A stretch of DNA of 64,000 bases from Rhodothermales bacterium (GCA_034439735.1 JAWXAX010000166.1:13355-77354); one strand, 5' to 3'. Shown: positions 16,685 through 27,051, counted from the stretch's first letter. Program-made: numbers and translations. The notes: generated by a model not told the origin, from the letters alone.

Positions 16685-17887
16685 ATGGCGCGATTCCGTT
16701 TCGGGCTCCGCATCGCCGGCCTGGTGCTGGCGGCGGCTCTTACGCTCTTTTTTCTGTTGGCGCCCGGTAGTGTGGATCGACGCATGAACCGGATCGCTGA
16801 GTCGCCGGTCGGCTCCCTGGAGCAACAGCCCGTCTCGGAACAGGCCGCGGCGTTCCATGCCGGCCTGGTCGTGGCGGATCTCCATGCCAACCCGCTCTTG
16901 TGGGGCCGTAATCTGGGGCGGACGTATTCCTACGGCCACATGGACATCACCCGGATGCAGGTGTCGGGCCCCGCGCTCCAGGTGTTCTCGGCCGTGACAA
17001 AAGTGCCTGCCGGCCTCAATTACACCCGCAACGATGCCGACAGCGATCTCGTCCGCTGGCTCGCCCTCACCCAGCTCTGGCCGCCCCACACCTGGTTCAG
17101 CCTGCGCAACCGGGCGCTTTACCAGGCGGCGAAGCTGGACCGTGTCGCCGCGCGATCGGACGGGCGGCTCGTGGTCGTCCATTCCGTGCGAGATCTTGAG
17201 GTGTTCCTCCGTCGCCGGCAGGCGCAACCCGGCCTCATCGGCGGCATCCTGGCGATGGAAGGCCTCCACGCACTGGAAGGGGACGCCGATAACCTGCAAA
17301 CCCTGTTCGACGCGGGCTACAGGGTGTTCGGGCTCACGCACTTCTTCGACAACGAAGTGGCCGGTTCGGCCCACGGCGTGACGCAGGGCGGGCTGACCCC
17401 GTTCGGCCGCGATGTCGTCGCCTGGATGGAGCGCCACAACGGCATCCTCGACCTCGCCCATCTATCGGCCTCGGCGTTCGACGAGGTATTGGCCCTCACC
17501 GGCCGGCCGGTCATCGTCTCCCATACCGGCGTCCAGGGGACTTGCCCAGGACCCCGCAACCTGTCCGATGCACAGATCGATCGTATCGCCGCCAACGGCG
17601 GCTTGATCGGCATCGGCTTCTGGGAGGGCGCCGTCTGCGAGCCGACAATCGATGCGATCGTGGAGGCGATCCAGTACGCCGTCGCCCGCGCTGGCATCGA
17701 TCACGTGGCCCTGGGGTCGGATTTTGATGGCGCGACGACCGTCCCGTTCGACGTGACCGGACTTCCGTGGCTCACCGAAGCCTTACTGAAGGCCGGATTC
17801 TCCGGAGCGGAAGTCGGCCAGCTGATGGGAGGCAATGCCGTACGCTTCTTTCTGATGCACCTCCCACCGGGGACGCCCGGCCCATGA
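16685..17887 (+). CDS. Membrane dipeptidase (peptidase family M19)
   Basis: N-terminal anchor 'IAGLVLAAALTLFFLL'. M19 motifs 'VVADLHANPLLW', 'GLTHFFDNEVAGSAHG', 'LDLAHLS', 'VIVSHTG', 'HVALGSDFDG'. Confidence 0.9.
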   Translation: MARFRFGLRIAGLVLAAALTLFFLLAPGSVDRRMNRIAESPVGSLEQQPVSEQAAAFHAGLVVADLHANPLLWGRNLGRTYSYGHMDITRMQVSGPALQVFSAVTKVPAGLNYTRNDADSDLVRWLALTQLWPPHTWFSLRNRALYQAAKLDRVAARSDGRLVVVHSVRDLEVFLRRRQAQPGLIGGILAMEGLHALEGDADNLQTLFDAGYRVFGLTHFFDNEVAGSAHGVTQGGLTPFGRDVVAWMERHNGILDLAHLSASAFDEVLALTGRPVIVSHTGVQGTCPGPRNLSDAQIDRIAANGGLIGIGFWEGAVCEPTIDAIVEAIQYAVARAGIDHVALGSDFDGATTVPFDVTGLPWLTEALLKAGFSGAEVGQLMGGNAVRFFLMHLPPGTPGP

Positions 17888-17956
17888 GCGTGGCAGGTTG
17901 ATGCATCCGTCGTATATTCCGCTGTCCCTACCGCTGCGCGCACACGTGCTTACACT

Positions 17957-18553
17957 ATGGCCGACACCGAGACCGTTCAAGAGGACGCAACCCTCGCCTT
18001 TTATCCACTCACCAGCGACCGCTGGTCGGATCTCCTTACCCTCTTTGGCGACAACGGCGCCTGCGGAGGGTGCTGGTGCATGTACTGGCGCAGTCTGCGT
18101 GTGACGTACGAAGCCGGCAAGGGCGATACCAACCGCGCTGCTTTCGAGCAACTGGTTCGCGAAGGCCCCCCGCCCGGCGTGCTCGCGTATAGTTACGGAG
18201 TGCCCATCGGCTGGTGTGCCGTCGCCCCACGCGAGCAGCTGACACGCCTCACGCAGTCGTTTATACTGCACCCGCTGGACGACCAGCCGGTGTGGTCGGT
18301 CTCGTGCTTTTTTGTGACGCCTGGACGGCGTAAAAGCAAGGTCGGCATGGCGCTCCTCCTGGCGGCCGTCGACTTCGTGAAAGCACAGGGCGGCCGAATC
18401 GTTGAAGGCTACCCGGTCGAGGCGCGGCATACCTCCATGCCGCCGGCGTTCGCCTGGACGGGTTTTGCCTCGACGTTCCTGGCGGCCGGCTTCACCGAAT
18501 GCGCCCGCCGTTCCGAAACGAGGCCCATGATGCGCCTCACATTGCCAGATTGA
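17957..18553 (+). CDS. GNAT-family N-acetyltransferase
   Basis: 'GACGGCWCMYWR' N-terminal motif of a GNAT subfamily. Acetyl-CoA-site-like 'VTPGRRKSKVGMALLLAAVDFVKAQGGRIVEGYP'. Confidence 0.8.
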   Translation: MADTETVQEDATLAFYPLTSDRWSDLLTLFGDNGACGGCWCMYWRSLRVTYEAGKGDTNRAAFEQLVREGPPPGVLAYSYGVPIGWCAVAPREQLTRLTQSFILHPLDDQPVWSVSCFFVTPGRRKSKVGMALLLAAVDFVKAQGGRIVEGYPVEARHTSMPPAFAWTGFASTFLAAGFTECARRSETRPMMRLTLPD

Positions 18554-18559
18554 ACCGCC

Positions 18560-20455
18560 ATGGCTGCTTCATCCGTTTCCTTCCGCCTCGCCGCGCTCTT
18601 CGTGCTGTCCCTCCTGGCGGTATCCGCCGGCTGCCGACCCGAAAGCGCCCTCCCCACCCGTCTGGACCCCCTGCCGACAGGCGGCGCCGAGCCGGCATGG
18701 GTGACCGACGCGATCTTCTACCAGATCTTCCCCGAACGATTCGCCAACGGAGACCTCGCCAACGACCCGACCCGCGCCTCGCTAGAGTACGTAGAGGCCG
18801 TGCCGGAAAACTGGCAGATCTCTCCCTGGACAGCCGACTGGTACAGTCGTGCAGACTGGGAGCAAGACATGGGAGATAACTTCTACGAACACGGGGTCTT
18901 CCACCGACGGTATGGCGGAGACCTCCAGGGCGTCATCGATCGGCTGGATTATCTCCGCGACCTCGGCATCAATGCGCTCTACTTCAACCCGCTTTTTTAC
19001 GCCCGGTCACTCCATAAATACGACGGCAACACGTTCCATCATATCGACCCCTACTTCGGGCCGGACCCCGATGGCGACCTCGCCCTCATGGCGCAGGAAA
19101 CCAGCGAGCCCTCCACCTGGCACATGACAGCGGCCGATAGCCTCTTTTTTGTCCTCGTCGACCAGGCGCACCAACGCTCCGTCCGGATCGTGATCGACGG
19201 CGTCTGGAACCACACGGGGCGCGACTTCTTCGCCTTCGCCGACATCCGCGAGCGACAGGAGGAATCGCCCTACAAGGAATGGTACATCATCAACACCTTC
19301 GACGACCCCGCCACGCCCGAAAACGAATTTGCCTACGAGGGCTGGTGGGGGGTAGAGACGCTGCCATTGTTTGCGGATACGCCGGATGGCGCCGACCTCC
19401 ACCCGGGCCCCAAAGCGTACATCTTCGACGCCACGCGTCGCTGGATGGACCCCAACGGCGACGGCGACCCGTCCGACGGCGTCGATGGCTGGCGGTTGGA
19501 TGTCGCCCCGGATGTGCCCACGGCGTTCTGGGCGGACTGGAACGCACACGTCCGTTCCCTCAATCCCCAAGCCTATACAGTGTCTGAAGTCTGGTTCGAC
19601 GCCAGCCGTTTCCTGCAGGACGGCGGCTTTTCGGCCACGATGAACTACCACGGCTTTGCCTTTCTGGTGAAGGGCTTTTTGGTAGATAATGCCCTCTCCG
19701 CCAGTGCCTTCCTCCAGCAACACGAAGAGCGCCGCGCCGAATACCCGGCGCCGATGCAGTACGCCATGCAGAATCTGATCGATTCGCACGACACGGACCG
19801 GCTGGCTTCGATGATCGTAAATGCGCGTACGGCCTACGATCAACCCGAAAAGTACGACTACGACGTAAACGTCAGCCCCCGCGGATACGCGTCCTATCAG
19901 GTGCGCAAACCGGACGCCCGCGAGCGGTCCATCCAACAACTCGTCGCCCTCATGCAGATGGCCGGCCTCGGCGCCCCGATGATCTATTATGGCACCGAAG
20001 CCGGCATGTGGGGCGCCGACGACCCCGACGATCGGATGCCGATGGTCTGGCACGACGTGGCCTACGAACCTCAGCGAAGTGACCCACTGGGCCGGCCGCG
20101 GCCTGAGAATGGGATGGATTTCGACGAGAATGTGTTCGCATTCTACAAACAGGTCATCGCACTCCGCAACGAGCAGCCCGCACTTCGTGGCGGGGCGTTT
20201 ATCCCCCTGCTGGCGGACGATGCTCTCAATAGCATCGCCTTCGCGCGCCGCGACGCCGACGATCACCTGGTCGTCGCCATCAATCGAAGCGAGTTGGCGC
20301 AGCGGCTCGAAATCCCCCTCGACGGCTTCTCGGAGGCGGGGCGGGTCGTGTTCGTAACCTCGGGGGACGCTTCAGCCATTGAGCTCGGCATCGAACAGGA
20401 GCGGCTCATCATCGGCCTGCCGGCGCTCACGGGCGCCGTCGTCGCCGTCCAATAA
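18560..20455 (+). CDS. GH13 lipoprotein (neopullulanase/cyclomaltodextrinase/alpha-amylase-type)
   Basis: Lipobox 'LLAVSAGC'. 'AIFYQIFPERFANGD', 'GGDLQGVIDRLDYLRDLGINALYFNPLF', region I 'DGVWNHTG', II 'DGWRLDVAPDV', III 'SEVW', IV 'LIDSHDTDR'. Confidence 0.92.
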   Translation: MAASSVSFRLAALFVLSLLAVSAGCRPESALPTRLDPLPTGGAEPAWVTDAIFYQIFPERFANGDLANDPTRASLEYVEAVPENWQISPWTADWYSRADWEQDMGDNFYEHGVFHRRYGGDLQGVIDRLDYLRDLGINALYFNPLFYARSLHKYDGNTFHHIDPYFGPDPDGDLALMAQETSEPSTWHMTAADSLFFVLVDQAHQRSVRIVIDGVWNHTGRDFFAFADIRERQEESPYKEWYIINTFDDPATPENEFAYEGWWGVETLPLFADTPDGADLHPGPKAYIFDATRRWMDPNGDGDPSDGVDGWRLDVAPDVPTAFWADWNAHVRSLNPQAYTVSEVWFDASRFLQDGGFSATMNYHGFAFLVKGFLVDNALSASAFLQQHEERRAEYPAPMQYAMQNLIDSHDTDRLASMIVNARTAYDQPEKYDYDVNVSPRGYASYQVRKPDARERSIQQLVALMQMAGLGAPMIYYGTEAGMWGADDPDDRMPMVWHDVAYEPQRSDPLGRPRPENGMDFDENVFAFYKQVIALRNEQPALRGGAFIPLLADDALNSIAFARRDADDHLVVAINRSELAQRLEIPLDGFSEAGRVVFVTSGDASAIELGIEQERLIIGLPALTGAVVAVQ

Positions 20456-20465
20456 GGCCATCAGC

Positions 20466-21740
20466 ATGGACTCGGTTAGATTGCGAAGCAAACGGTACCC
20501 GGCCAGGTGTGCGACAGGAAAAGCGCTTGCGCACCTGCTGATGGCCACGCTCTTCGCCGCGTCCTGCGCCCCGCCGGACGACCGTGTCCATATTCGGATC
20601 TGGCACCAGAAAAACGACGTCGAGCGTTCGTTTTTCGAAGAAGCCGTGGCGGCGTACAACGCGTCCCATCCCGACCGTGTCGTCGAAGTGCTCTATAAAG
20701 AGACCGAAGAGCTCAGAAATCTCTTTATTGTCGCATCCGTGGGAGGGCAGGGGCCGGAACTGGTCTACGGCCCGTCCGACAATCTGTCGGTATTCGCGCT
20801 CACGGGCGCCATCTCGCCCATCACGACCGTGCTCGACTCGGCCTATCTGGCGCAATTCGATGACTCCGGTGTCATCCGCTGGAACGATGAAGCGTGGTTG
20901 GTGGGGGACCAGGTCGGCAATCACCTGACGTTGGTCTACAATAAGGCGCTCATGCCCCGGCCTCCGGAGACGACCGACGAGATGATCGTGATGCTCCAGG
21001 CGCTCACGAAGGACGACGACGGCGACGGGCGCATGGATCGGTACGGATTGACCTGGAATTATACCGAGCCCTTTTTCTTTATCCCCTTTCTCACCGGGTT
21101 CGGGGGATGGATGATCGACGACGCCGGCCGGCCCACCCTCGATACCGAGGCGACCGTCAAGGCCATCCAGTTTGTGCTCGACCTCCGCGATCGCTACCAG
21201 GTCATCCCCCGCGAGAGCGACTACAACATCGCCGAGACCCTCTTCAAGGAAGGCCGTGCCGCCTCCATCATCAACGGCCCCTGGGCGTGGGCCGGGTACG
21301 GCGATGCCGGCATCGACTACGGACTGGCCCGCATCCCCATAATGTCCGAAACGGGCCTCTGGTCCGCGCCGGTGATTTCGTCGAAAGGGTATTCGGTCAA
21401 CGCCAACCTGGACGACGCCCTGAAGCCGTACGTCCGCGACGTCCTTATCTACCTCACCGATGCCGCCATGCAGCGCCAGATGGCCGCGCGCCTGGCCGCC
21501 ATCCCCACGCTGGCATCCGTTCGGGGAGATTCGGTGGTGATGGCAAACCCCATCCTGCGGGCCTCGCTGCGGCAGGTCGAGGTGGGGCTGCCCATGCCTC
21601 TGGCCCCCCAGTTGCGACAGGTGTGGGACGGGATGCGCGGGCCGTATCAACTGGTGATGAACGGCGCGATCTCCGCCGAGGAAGGCGCCCGCCAGATGCA
21701 GGCTGAAGTCGAAAAACGCATCGCGGACACCTTTTTATAA
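20466..21740 (+). CDS. Sugar (maltodextrin-type) ABC transporter substrate-binding lipoprotein
   Basis: The ATG at 20466 avoids overlap with the GH13 gene. Lipobox 'LFAASC'. CUT1/MalE-like features 'IRIWHQ', 'INGPWAWAGY', and a C-terminal helix. Substrate is inferred from the GH13 neighbour only. Confidence 0.88.
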   Translation: MDSVRLRSKRYPARCATGKALAHLLMATLFAASCAPPDDRVHIRIWHQKNDVERSFFEEAVAAYNASHPDRVVEVLYKETEELRNLFIVASVGGQGPELVYGPSDNLSVFALTGAISPITTVLDSAYLAQFDDSGVIRWNDEAWLVGDQVGNHLTLVYNKALMPRPPETTDEMIVMLQALTKDDDGDGRMDRYGLTWNYTEPFFFIPFLTGFGGWMIDDAGRPTLDTEATVKAIQFVLDLRDRYQVIPRESDYNIAETLFKEGRAASIINGPWAWAGYGDAGIDYGLARIPIMSETGLWSAPVISSKGYSVNANLDDALKPYVRDVLIYLTDAAMQRQMAARLAAIPTLASVRGDSVVMANPILRASLRQVEVGLPMPLAPQLRQVWDGMRGPYQLVMNGAISAEEGARQMQAEVEKRIADTFL

Positions 21741-21779
21741 CCCAGTCACACCCATCCGAATGCGTACTCCCTGCCGCCC

Positions 21780-22658
21780 ATGAGTGATCGCCTACGCCAT
21801 CGGCTTTTCCTGCTGGCTTTGCTGGGCCCCACCATTCTGGTGGTGCTGGTGGTCGTGGCGTATCCGTTTTTTGAGAACGTACGGATTTCGCTCTCGAACA
21901 TGAACATCTACCATATCCGGGACTGGGAGGTGATCGGGTTTCAGCAATACGCCGCCGTCCTGGCCGAGCCCCGATTCTGGGAGATCCTGGGGAAGACGAT
22001 CGCCTGGACGCTGACGAATATCGTATTCCATGTGGTCCTGGGCGTATTTCTGGCCGTCATCCTGCATCAGAAATTTATCGCCGGCCGCTCCGCCTGGCGG
22101 GTTGTGCTCATTTTGCCGTGGGCGCTCCCGCAGTATATCACAGCGCTGACGTGGCGTGGGATGTTTAATTACGAGTACGGAGCCGTCAACCTGATTCTGA
22201 CGCGGTTTCTCAACCTGCCGGCCGTCGAGTGGCTCACGTCGCCCTTCGAGGCGTTCGTGGCGGTGGTGTTGACCAATATCTGGCTTGGATTTCCCTTTAT
22301 GATGGTGGTGGCGCTTGGCGCGCTGCAGTCTATCCCGGCCGAGTTGTACGAGGCGGCGGAAGTGGACGGCGCCTCGGCGTGGCGTCAGTTCTGGAATATC
22401 ACGGTCCCCATGATCAAGCCGGCGATGATCCCGGCCATCACGCTGGGCATCGTGTGGACGTTTAATAACATCAACGTCGTCTGGCTGGTGTCCAACGGCG
22501 GCGAACCCAACGACCAGACGCACATCCTCGTCTCGTTCGTCTACGAAGCGGCGTTTTCCATGTATCGGTTCGGTTGGGCCGCGGCGCTTTCCATGATCAT
22601 CTTCGTCATCTTGCTCACCTTCACCCAGGTGTTTCTGCACCGCACGCACACCGTTTAG
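21780..22658 (+). CDS. Sugar ABC transporter permease (MalF/CUT1-type)
   Basis: Six hydrophobic segments. EAA loop 'ELYEAAEVDGASAWRQFWNITVPMIKP'. Confidence 0.9.
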   Translation: MSDRLRHRLFLLALLGPTILVVLVVVAYPFFENVRISLSNMNIYHIRDWEVIGFQQYAAVLAEPRFWEILGKTIAWTLTNIVFHVVLGVFLAVILHQKFIAGRSAWRVVLILPWALPQYITALTWRGMFNYEYGAVNLILTRFLNLPAVEWLTSPFEAFVAVVLTNIWLGFPFMMVVALGALQSIPAELYEAAEVDGASAWRQFWNITVPMIKPAMIPAITLGIVWTFNNINVVWLVSNGGEPNDQTHILVSFVYEAAFSMYRFGWAAALSMIIFVILLTFTQVFLHRTHTV

Positions 22659-22669
22659 CAACCGATCCC

Positions 22670-23503
22670 ATGCGCTCCAGAACCCTCCTTGGCCGGATGG
22701 CCGCGTACGCCGCGCTGACGTTTTTTGCGATTGTATCGGTGTATCCGGTCACCCAGATCATCACGATCTCCCTACGGCCGGCGGATCAGTTGCTTTCAAC
22801 ATCCCTCGCCTTCATCCCCGAAGGCGCCTCGCTCGACAACTACCGCGAATTGATAGTAGAAACGCCGTTTCTGGCCTGGCTGATGAATTCCTTTCTGGTG
22901 GCGCTGGTTGTAACCATCACCGGAGTCGCGCTGGCGTCGACCGCCGGCTACGCGCTCTCACGCTTCCGATTCATGGGGCGAGGGGCCCTCCTGAGCGGGT
23001 TGCTGGTCACCCAGATGTTTCCGGCGACGATGCTCCTGCTGCCGCTGTACGTGATGCTCATCCAGCTGCAACTTCTTAACTCGTTTATCGGCATCATCAT
23101 CATCTACACCGCCACCGCATTGCCGTTTTGTGTCTGGCAGATGAAGGGGTACTACGACACCATTCCGCCGGCATTGGAAGAAGCCGCACGCATCGACGGC
23201 TGCACGCCGTGGCAGGTGTTTTACCATGTGGTCTTTCCGCTCGCCGCGCCGGCGCTGGTCATCACGGCGCTTTTTTCGTTCATGACGGCCTGGAACGAGT
23301 ATGTGGTGGCCAATGTGGTGCTTCAGGACACGGATATGTTCACCCTGCCCCTCGGCTTGAAACTCTTTCAAAGTACGCTGACTACAAAGTGGGGTCTCTA
23401 CGCCGCGGGTTCGTTGCTGGTCTCGATTCCGGTTGTGGCGCTGTTCCTTTTCTTGAGCCGGTATCTGATCTCCGGCCTAACGCTGGGCGCCGTCAAGGGC
23501 TGA
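22670..23503 (+). CDS. Sugar ABC transporter permease (MalG/CUT1-type)
   Basis: The ATG at 22670 follows the upstream stop closely. EAA loop 'LEEAARIDGCTPWQVFYHVVFPLAAP'. Confidence 0.9.
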   Translation: MRSRTLLGRMAAYAALTFFAIVSVYPVTQIITISLRPADQLLSTSLAFIPEGASLDNYRELIVETPFLAWLMNSFLVALVVTITGVALASTAGYALSRFRFMGRGALLSGLLVTQMFPATMLLLPLYVMLIQLQLLNSFIGIIIIYTATALPFCVWQMKGYYDTIPPALEEAARIDGCTPWQVFYHVVFPLAAPALVITALFSFMTAWNEYVVANVVLQDTDMFTLPLGLKLFQSTLTTKWGLYAAGSLLVSIPVVALFLFLSRYLISGLTLGAVKG

Positions 23504-23641
23504 CCCTCGCCTTTCGATCGATTATTTCAATCCATTCCTTCGCCTGATCGAACAGGCGTGACGACACGAGGGTAGTGTTGCCGTTGTTCCTAGCGGATTC
23601 TACGCAAGCGGCTCACTACGAGCCCCCGACAAACCATTTCC

Positions 23642-24340
23642 ATGCTCGCGCGTACGTTTTCCAGGTCGTGTATGTACCTGTCCGTTTTACTCATGGCTGC
23701 CATGTCCGAGGGAAATAAGATAAGCATCCGGACGCTCGGCACGTTCTGGACGTTGGCGAATATGCTCAGCATACTCCGCATCGTCCTCGTATTGCCCATT
23801 ACGTACATGATCGTCGAAGATGCACCGATCCGCTGGACGCTGGGGCTGATCTTCCTCGCCATCTGTACCGATTGGTTTGACGGCACCATCGCTCGCTGGT
23901 CGCATACGGTTTCGGAGTGGGGCAAGGTACTGGATCCCATCGCGGATAAAATCGCGGCCTCGGCGGTGGTGTTGGCCCTTGTGATCGCAGGGAGTCTGCC
24001 GGCATGGTTCCTTGTCCTCGTCCTGGGGCGGGATCTCCTCATTGTCCTCGGAAGCGCTATCGCCGCACACCGGCTGAACCGGGTATTGATGAGCATCTGG
24101 GTCGGGAAAGTCGCCGTGTTCGCCCTGTCTCTCACCGTGCTGGCGGCATTGCTCAAGGCGGATCCGCCTGTCATGCAGCTATCGATCTGGATCACCTCGG
24201 TCCTGTTTATCTACTCGTTCTTGCTGTATGTCGTGCGTTATGTGTCCATCTTCCGCACGGCCGGCCCGACAGGCGATGGCGCCCACGACGTACCTTTTAC
24301 CGTGAAATCCGTCGAGCAGAAGGCAGAATCCCTGGGCTGA
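23642..24340 (+). CDS. CDP-alcohol phosphatidyltransferase-family protein
   Basis: Signature 'DWFDGTIARW...GKVLDPIADKI' matching D-x2-D-G-x2-A-R...G-x3-D-x3-D. Multiple TM helices. The true start may be the ATG at 23702 ('MSEGNKISIRT'). Confidence 0.85.
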   Translation: MLARTFSRSCMYLSVLLMAAMSEGNKISIRTLGTFWTLANMLSILRIVLVLPITYMIVEDAPIRWTLGLIFLAICTDWFDGTIARWSHTVSEWGKVLDPIADKIAASAVVLALVIAGSLPAWFLVLVLGRDLLIVLGSAIAAHRLNRVLMSIWVGKVAVFALSLTVLAALLKADPPVMQLSIWITSVLFIYSFLLYVVRYVSIFRTAGPTGDGAHDVPFTVKSVEQKAESLG

Positions 24341-24472
24341 TCGCGCCGGCCGCTGGAACGGCCGCCTCTTTGCGTCGTATCGGCATCTCTTTTCCGGCGG
24401 GCACGGGCGTTTGGTTCGGTTCCGCCAACGCTACGATACATTCACCAGCGCGAACGTCGATCCGGCGGCCTG

Positions 24473-25429
24473 ATGGGACTCTTCGATCGATTCAAAACCC
24501 GGGACTCCGAGCAGGAACGCCTCGAGCAGGGCCTCGAAAAAACCAGAACCAGTTTTCTCGGCAAGATCGGCCGCGCCTTCAGGGGCAAGGACCAGGTTGA
24601 CGACGAGGTGCTTGACAACCTGGAAGAAGCCCTCGTCACAAGCGATGTCGGCGTCAAGACGACCCTCGAGGTCATCCGCATGGTGCAGGAACGCGTCGCG
24701 CGGGACAAGTACCTCAATGCCTCTGAGCTAAACGGGTTAATCCAGGACGAGATCGCACGCCTGGTCATTGGCGATGCGCCGGGCCGGCCGGCCGATTTCA
24801 GCGCCCCGCTTCCGAAGAAGCCGCACGTGATCATGGTCGTCGGCGTCAACGGCGTTGGCAAGACGACCACGATCGGCAAGATGGCCTACCAGTATAAAAA
24901 GGCCGGCCGTAGCGTATTACTCGGCGCCGCCGACACGTTTCGTGCCGCCGCCACCGAACAGCTCGGCATCTGGGCGGAACGCGCCGACGTCCCGATCATC
25001 CGACAGGGCCACGGCGCCGATCCCGCCGCCGTCGCATTCGATACGATTGCCTCGGCGATCACCCGAGACTGCGACGTCGTGATCATCGATACCGCCGGCC
25101 GCCTCCATACAAAGGGGGGGTTGATGGATGAACTGACCAAGATCAAACGCGTCATGAGCCGGCAGATTCCCGACGCACCGCACGAAGTGATCCTCGTGCT
25201 CGACGCCTCCACCGGCCAGAATGCCATCCGTCAGGCGGAGGAGTTCACGCGCAGCGTGGAAGTGACAGGGCTGGCGCTCACGAAACTGGATGGCACGGCA
25301 AAAGGCGGCATCGTCATCGGCATCTCGAACGAATTTCAGATCCCCGTCAAATACATCGGGGTGGGAGAGGGGATCGAGGACCTGCAGGTTTTCGATCGCC
25401 GGCGTTTCGTCAGTGCTCTCTTTTCGTGA
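24473..25429 (+). CDS. ftsY: Signal recognition particle receptor FtsY
   Basis: 'MGLFDRFK...LEQGLEKTRTSFLGKI', G1 'GVNGVGKTTTIGK', 'DTAGRLH', 'TKLDGTAKGG', 'IGVGEGIEDL'. Confidence 0.95.
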   Translation: MGLFDRFKTRDSEQERLEQGLEKTRTSFLGKIGRAFRGKDQVDDEVLDNLEEALVTSDVGVKTTLEVIRMVQERVARDKYLNASELNGLIQDEIARLVIGDAPGRPADFSAPLPKKPHVIMVVGVNGVGKTTTIGKMAYQYKKAGRSVLLGAADTFRAAATEQLGIWAERADVPIIRQGHGADPAAVAFDTIASAITRDCDVVIIDTAGRLHTKGGLMDELTKIKRVMSRQIPDAPHEVILVLDASTGQNAIRQAEEFTRSVEVTGLALTKLDGTAKGGIVIGISNEFQIPVKYIGVGEGIEDLQVFDRRRFVSALFS

Positions 25430-25701
25430 GGACTGAAAGCGTAGGGCAGTAAGCAATGCCCGTGTTGCCCCATTGGGTGAATCGTACCGACTGTTCAGTT
25501 GCGTAAATAGACGGTCCGACCGATCCATGGACGGACGGCGCGGTCGCCGACCCCATATTGTGCGCGAGCCTGAGAGCCGGCGTTTCCCGTTGTCGCATAA
25601 GAAAAACACGGCGCGCGACGTTAGTTGTATGGTAACGTCTGTACGGTCTGCTCTTTGCTGCGTAAGCGTATTCGGCCACGCTTATAGACGTATTCGCCAC
25701 A

Positions 25702-27051
25702 ATGCGTTTTCTTCTCGTTTCGCTGCTGCTGGTCCTCCTTGGGCTGCCCTTCGCCGGCAGCCCACGCGTGGGCTACGCCCAATCGACGCCGGCCCCTGGA
25801 TTCAATGTAGACGTGGTGAGCACAAAAGCGCCCAACCACCCCGGTCAGGCGAGGCTCGATCTCTACGCGTCGATCCCATTTAATGCGCTCCAGTTCCTCA
25901 AGGCTGCATCCGGCTTTTCGGCTAGCTTCGATCTATACGCCGAGGTGCATCGCCTCGATGATCGGAACGAAATCCAGGCCCTCGTGGAAAATCCCGCCTG
26001 GGAAGCCACCGCGCAAGCCGAACATTTCACCGCCACCCAGTCGCCCCTCAACGCAGCGCTGACGTCTCGCTCCATCTACCTTGAACCAGGGCGTTATCGG
26101 GTACAAATCCAGGTGCAGGACCGTGCCAGCGGGATACAGATGCGCCAGGAGCTGATGGCCGAAGTGCGGGATTTCTCGCCGGCCGTTACCGTCAGCGATC
26201 TGATCCTGGTCAACGACTTTAGCGCCTCCACCCAGAGCATCGTCCCCCGCGTGTCCGATCGGCTGACCGTGCAAGATGAGTCGTTCAAATTTTTCTACGA
26301 AGTGTATGCCGACACGCCGGCGGAAGTCCGTGTCGAACGCGTCGTCATCCGGACCCAGAAGAGCAAGACCCTGCCCTTCCTGGGCTGGTTCCTGCGTCGC
26401 TGGCGGGATGAAGAGCCAATCGGTGAGGTGGCGTATCACTACGATGCCGTCGTCGGGCTTAAAAAAGGACGCAACCCGATCGTGGTCACGGTGCCGCTCC
26501 AGGATTACGAAGTGGGTGAGTACATTCTGAGAGTCGCCCTGCGCGATGCGGATGGCCGCGTGGTCGACCTGGCCGAACGCGCCGTATCCTTGCTGGAATC
26601 CGAAGCTCGGCACAACGGCCGCGATATCGATGAGGCGATCGATCAGCTGGCCTATGTCGCCAAGGCGCGGGATCTCCGATACATCCGGGAAGGCACGTCC
26701 AAGCAAGAGCGCTTCGAACGCTTCATGGCATTCTGGCAGAAACGAGACCCCACGCCGGCTACACCCGATGCCAATGAGCGCATGGACGAGTACTACCACC
26801 GGATCGACTTCGCCAACCGACATTACGCCGGCCAGACCGGAGGCTGGCAGAGCGACCGGGGCCATGCCCTGGTGCTTTTTGGGGAGCCGGACGAAGTGGA
26901 GCAGGGCCAGGCGAACGCGGATGTGAAGCATCCCTATGAGGTGTGGCATTACCGGCGGATTGGCCGGCGCTTTGTCTTTATCGACGACGTGGGCCGGGGT
27001 GAGTTCAGGCTCATCAGCCCGCCATGGGACGAGCGTTCATCCATTCGGTAA
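25702..27051 (+). CDS. GWxTD domain-containing secreted protein
   Basis: Signal peptide 'LLLVLLGLPFAGSPRVGYAQ'. C-terminal 'GGWQSDRGHALVLFGEPDEV...YEVWHY...FVFID' matches the GWxTD pattern. Confidence 0.85.
   Translation: MRFLLVSLLLVLLGLPFAGSPRVGYAQSTPAPGFNVDVVSTKAPNHPGQARLDLYASIPFNALQFLKAASGFSASFDLYAEVHRLDDRNEIQALVENPAWEATAQAEHFTATQSPLNAALTSRSIYLEPGRYRVQIQVQDRASGIQMRQELMAEVRDFSPAVTVSDLILVNDFSASTQSIVPRVSDRLTVQDESFKFFYEVYADTPAEVRVERVVIRTQKSKTLPFLGWFLRRWRDEEPIGEVAYHYDAVVGLKKGRNPIVVTVPLQDYEVGEYILRVALRDADGRVVDLAERAVSLLESEARHNGRDIDEAIDQLAYVAKARDLRYIREGTSKQERFERFMAFWQKRDPTPATPDANERMDEYYHRIDFANRHYAGQTGGWQSDRGHALVLFGEPDEVEQGQANADVKHPYEVWHYRRIGRRFVFIDDVGRGEFRLISPPWDERSSIR

Noticed and set aside
19007-22661. 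Three long minus-strand ORFs (419, 407 and 289 aa) antisense to the GH13, MalE-like and MalF-like genes
   Set aside because: Each is exactly coextensive with a plus-strand gene carrying strong family motifs. The translations are Arg/His/Gly/Asp-rich and motif-free.
25430-25701. ncRNA (for example SRP RNA) in the 272-bp gap after ftsY; also a direct repeat CGTATTCG(G)CCAC x2 (25667-25679, 25689-25700) just before the GWxTD start
   Set aside because: No SRP domain-IV-like GGAA/AGCA symmetric-loop motif or other hallmark is visible. The hairpins are short (5-6 bp). A direct repeat of this length could arise by chance, and there is no supporting context.
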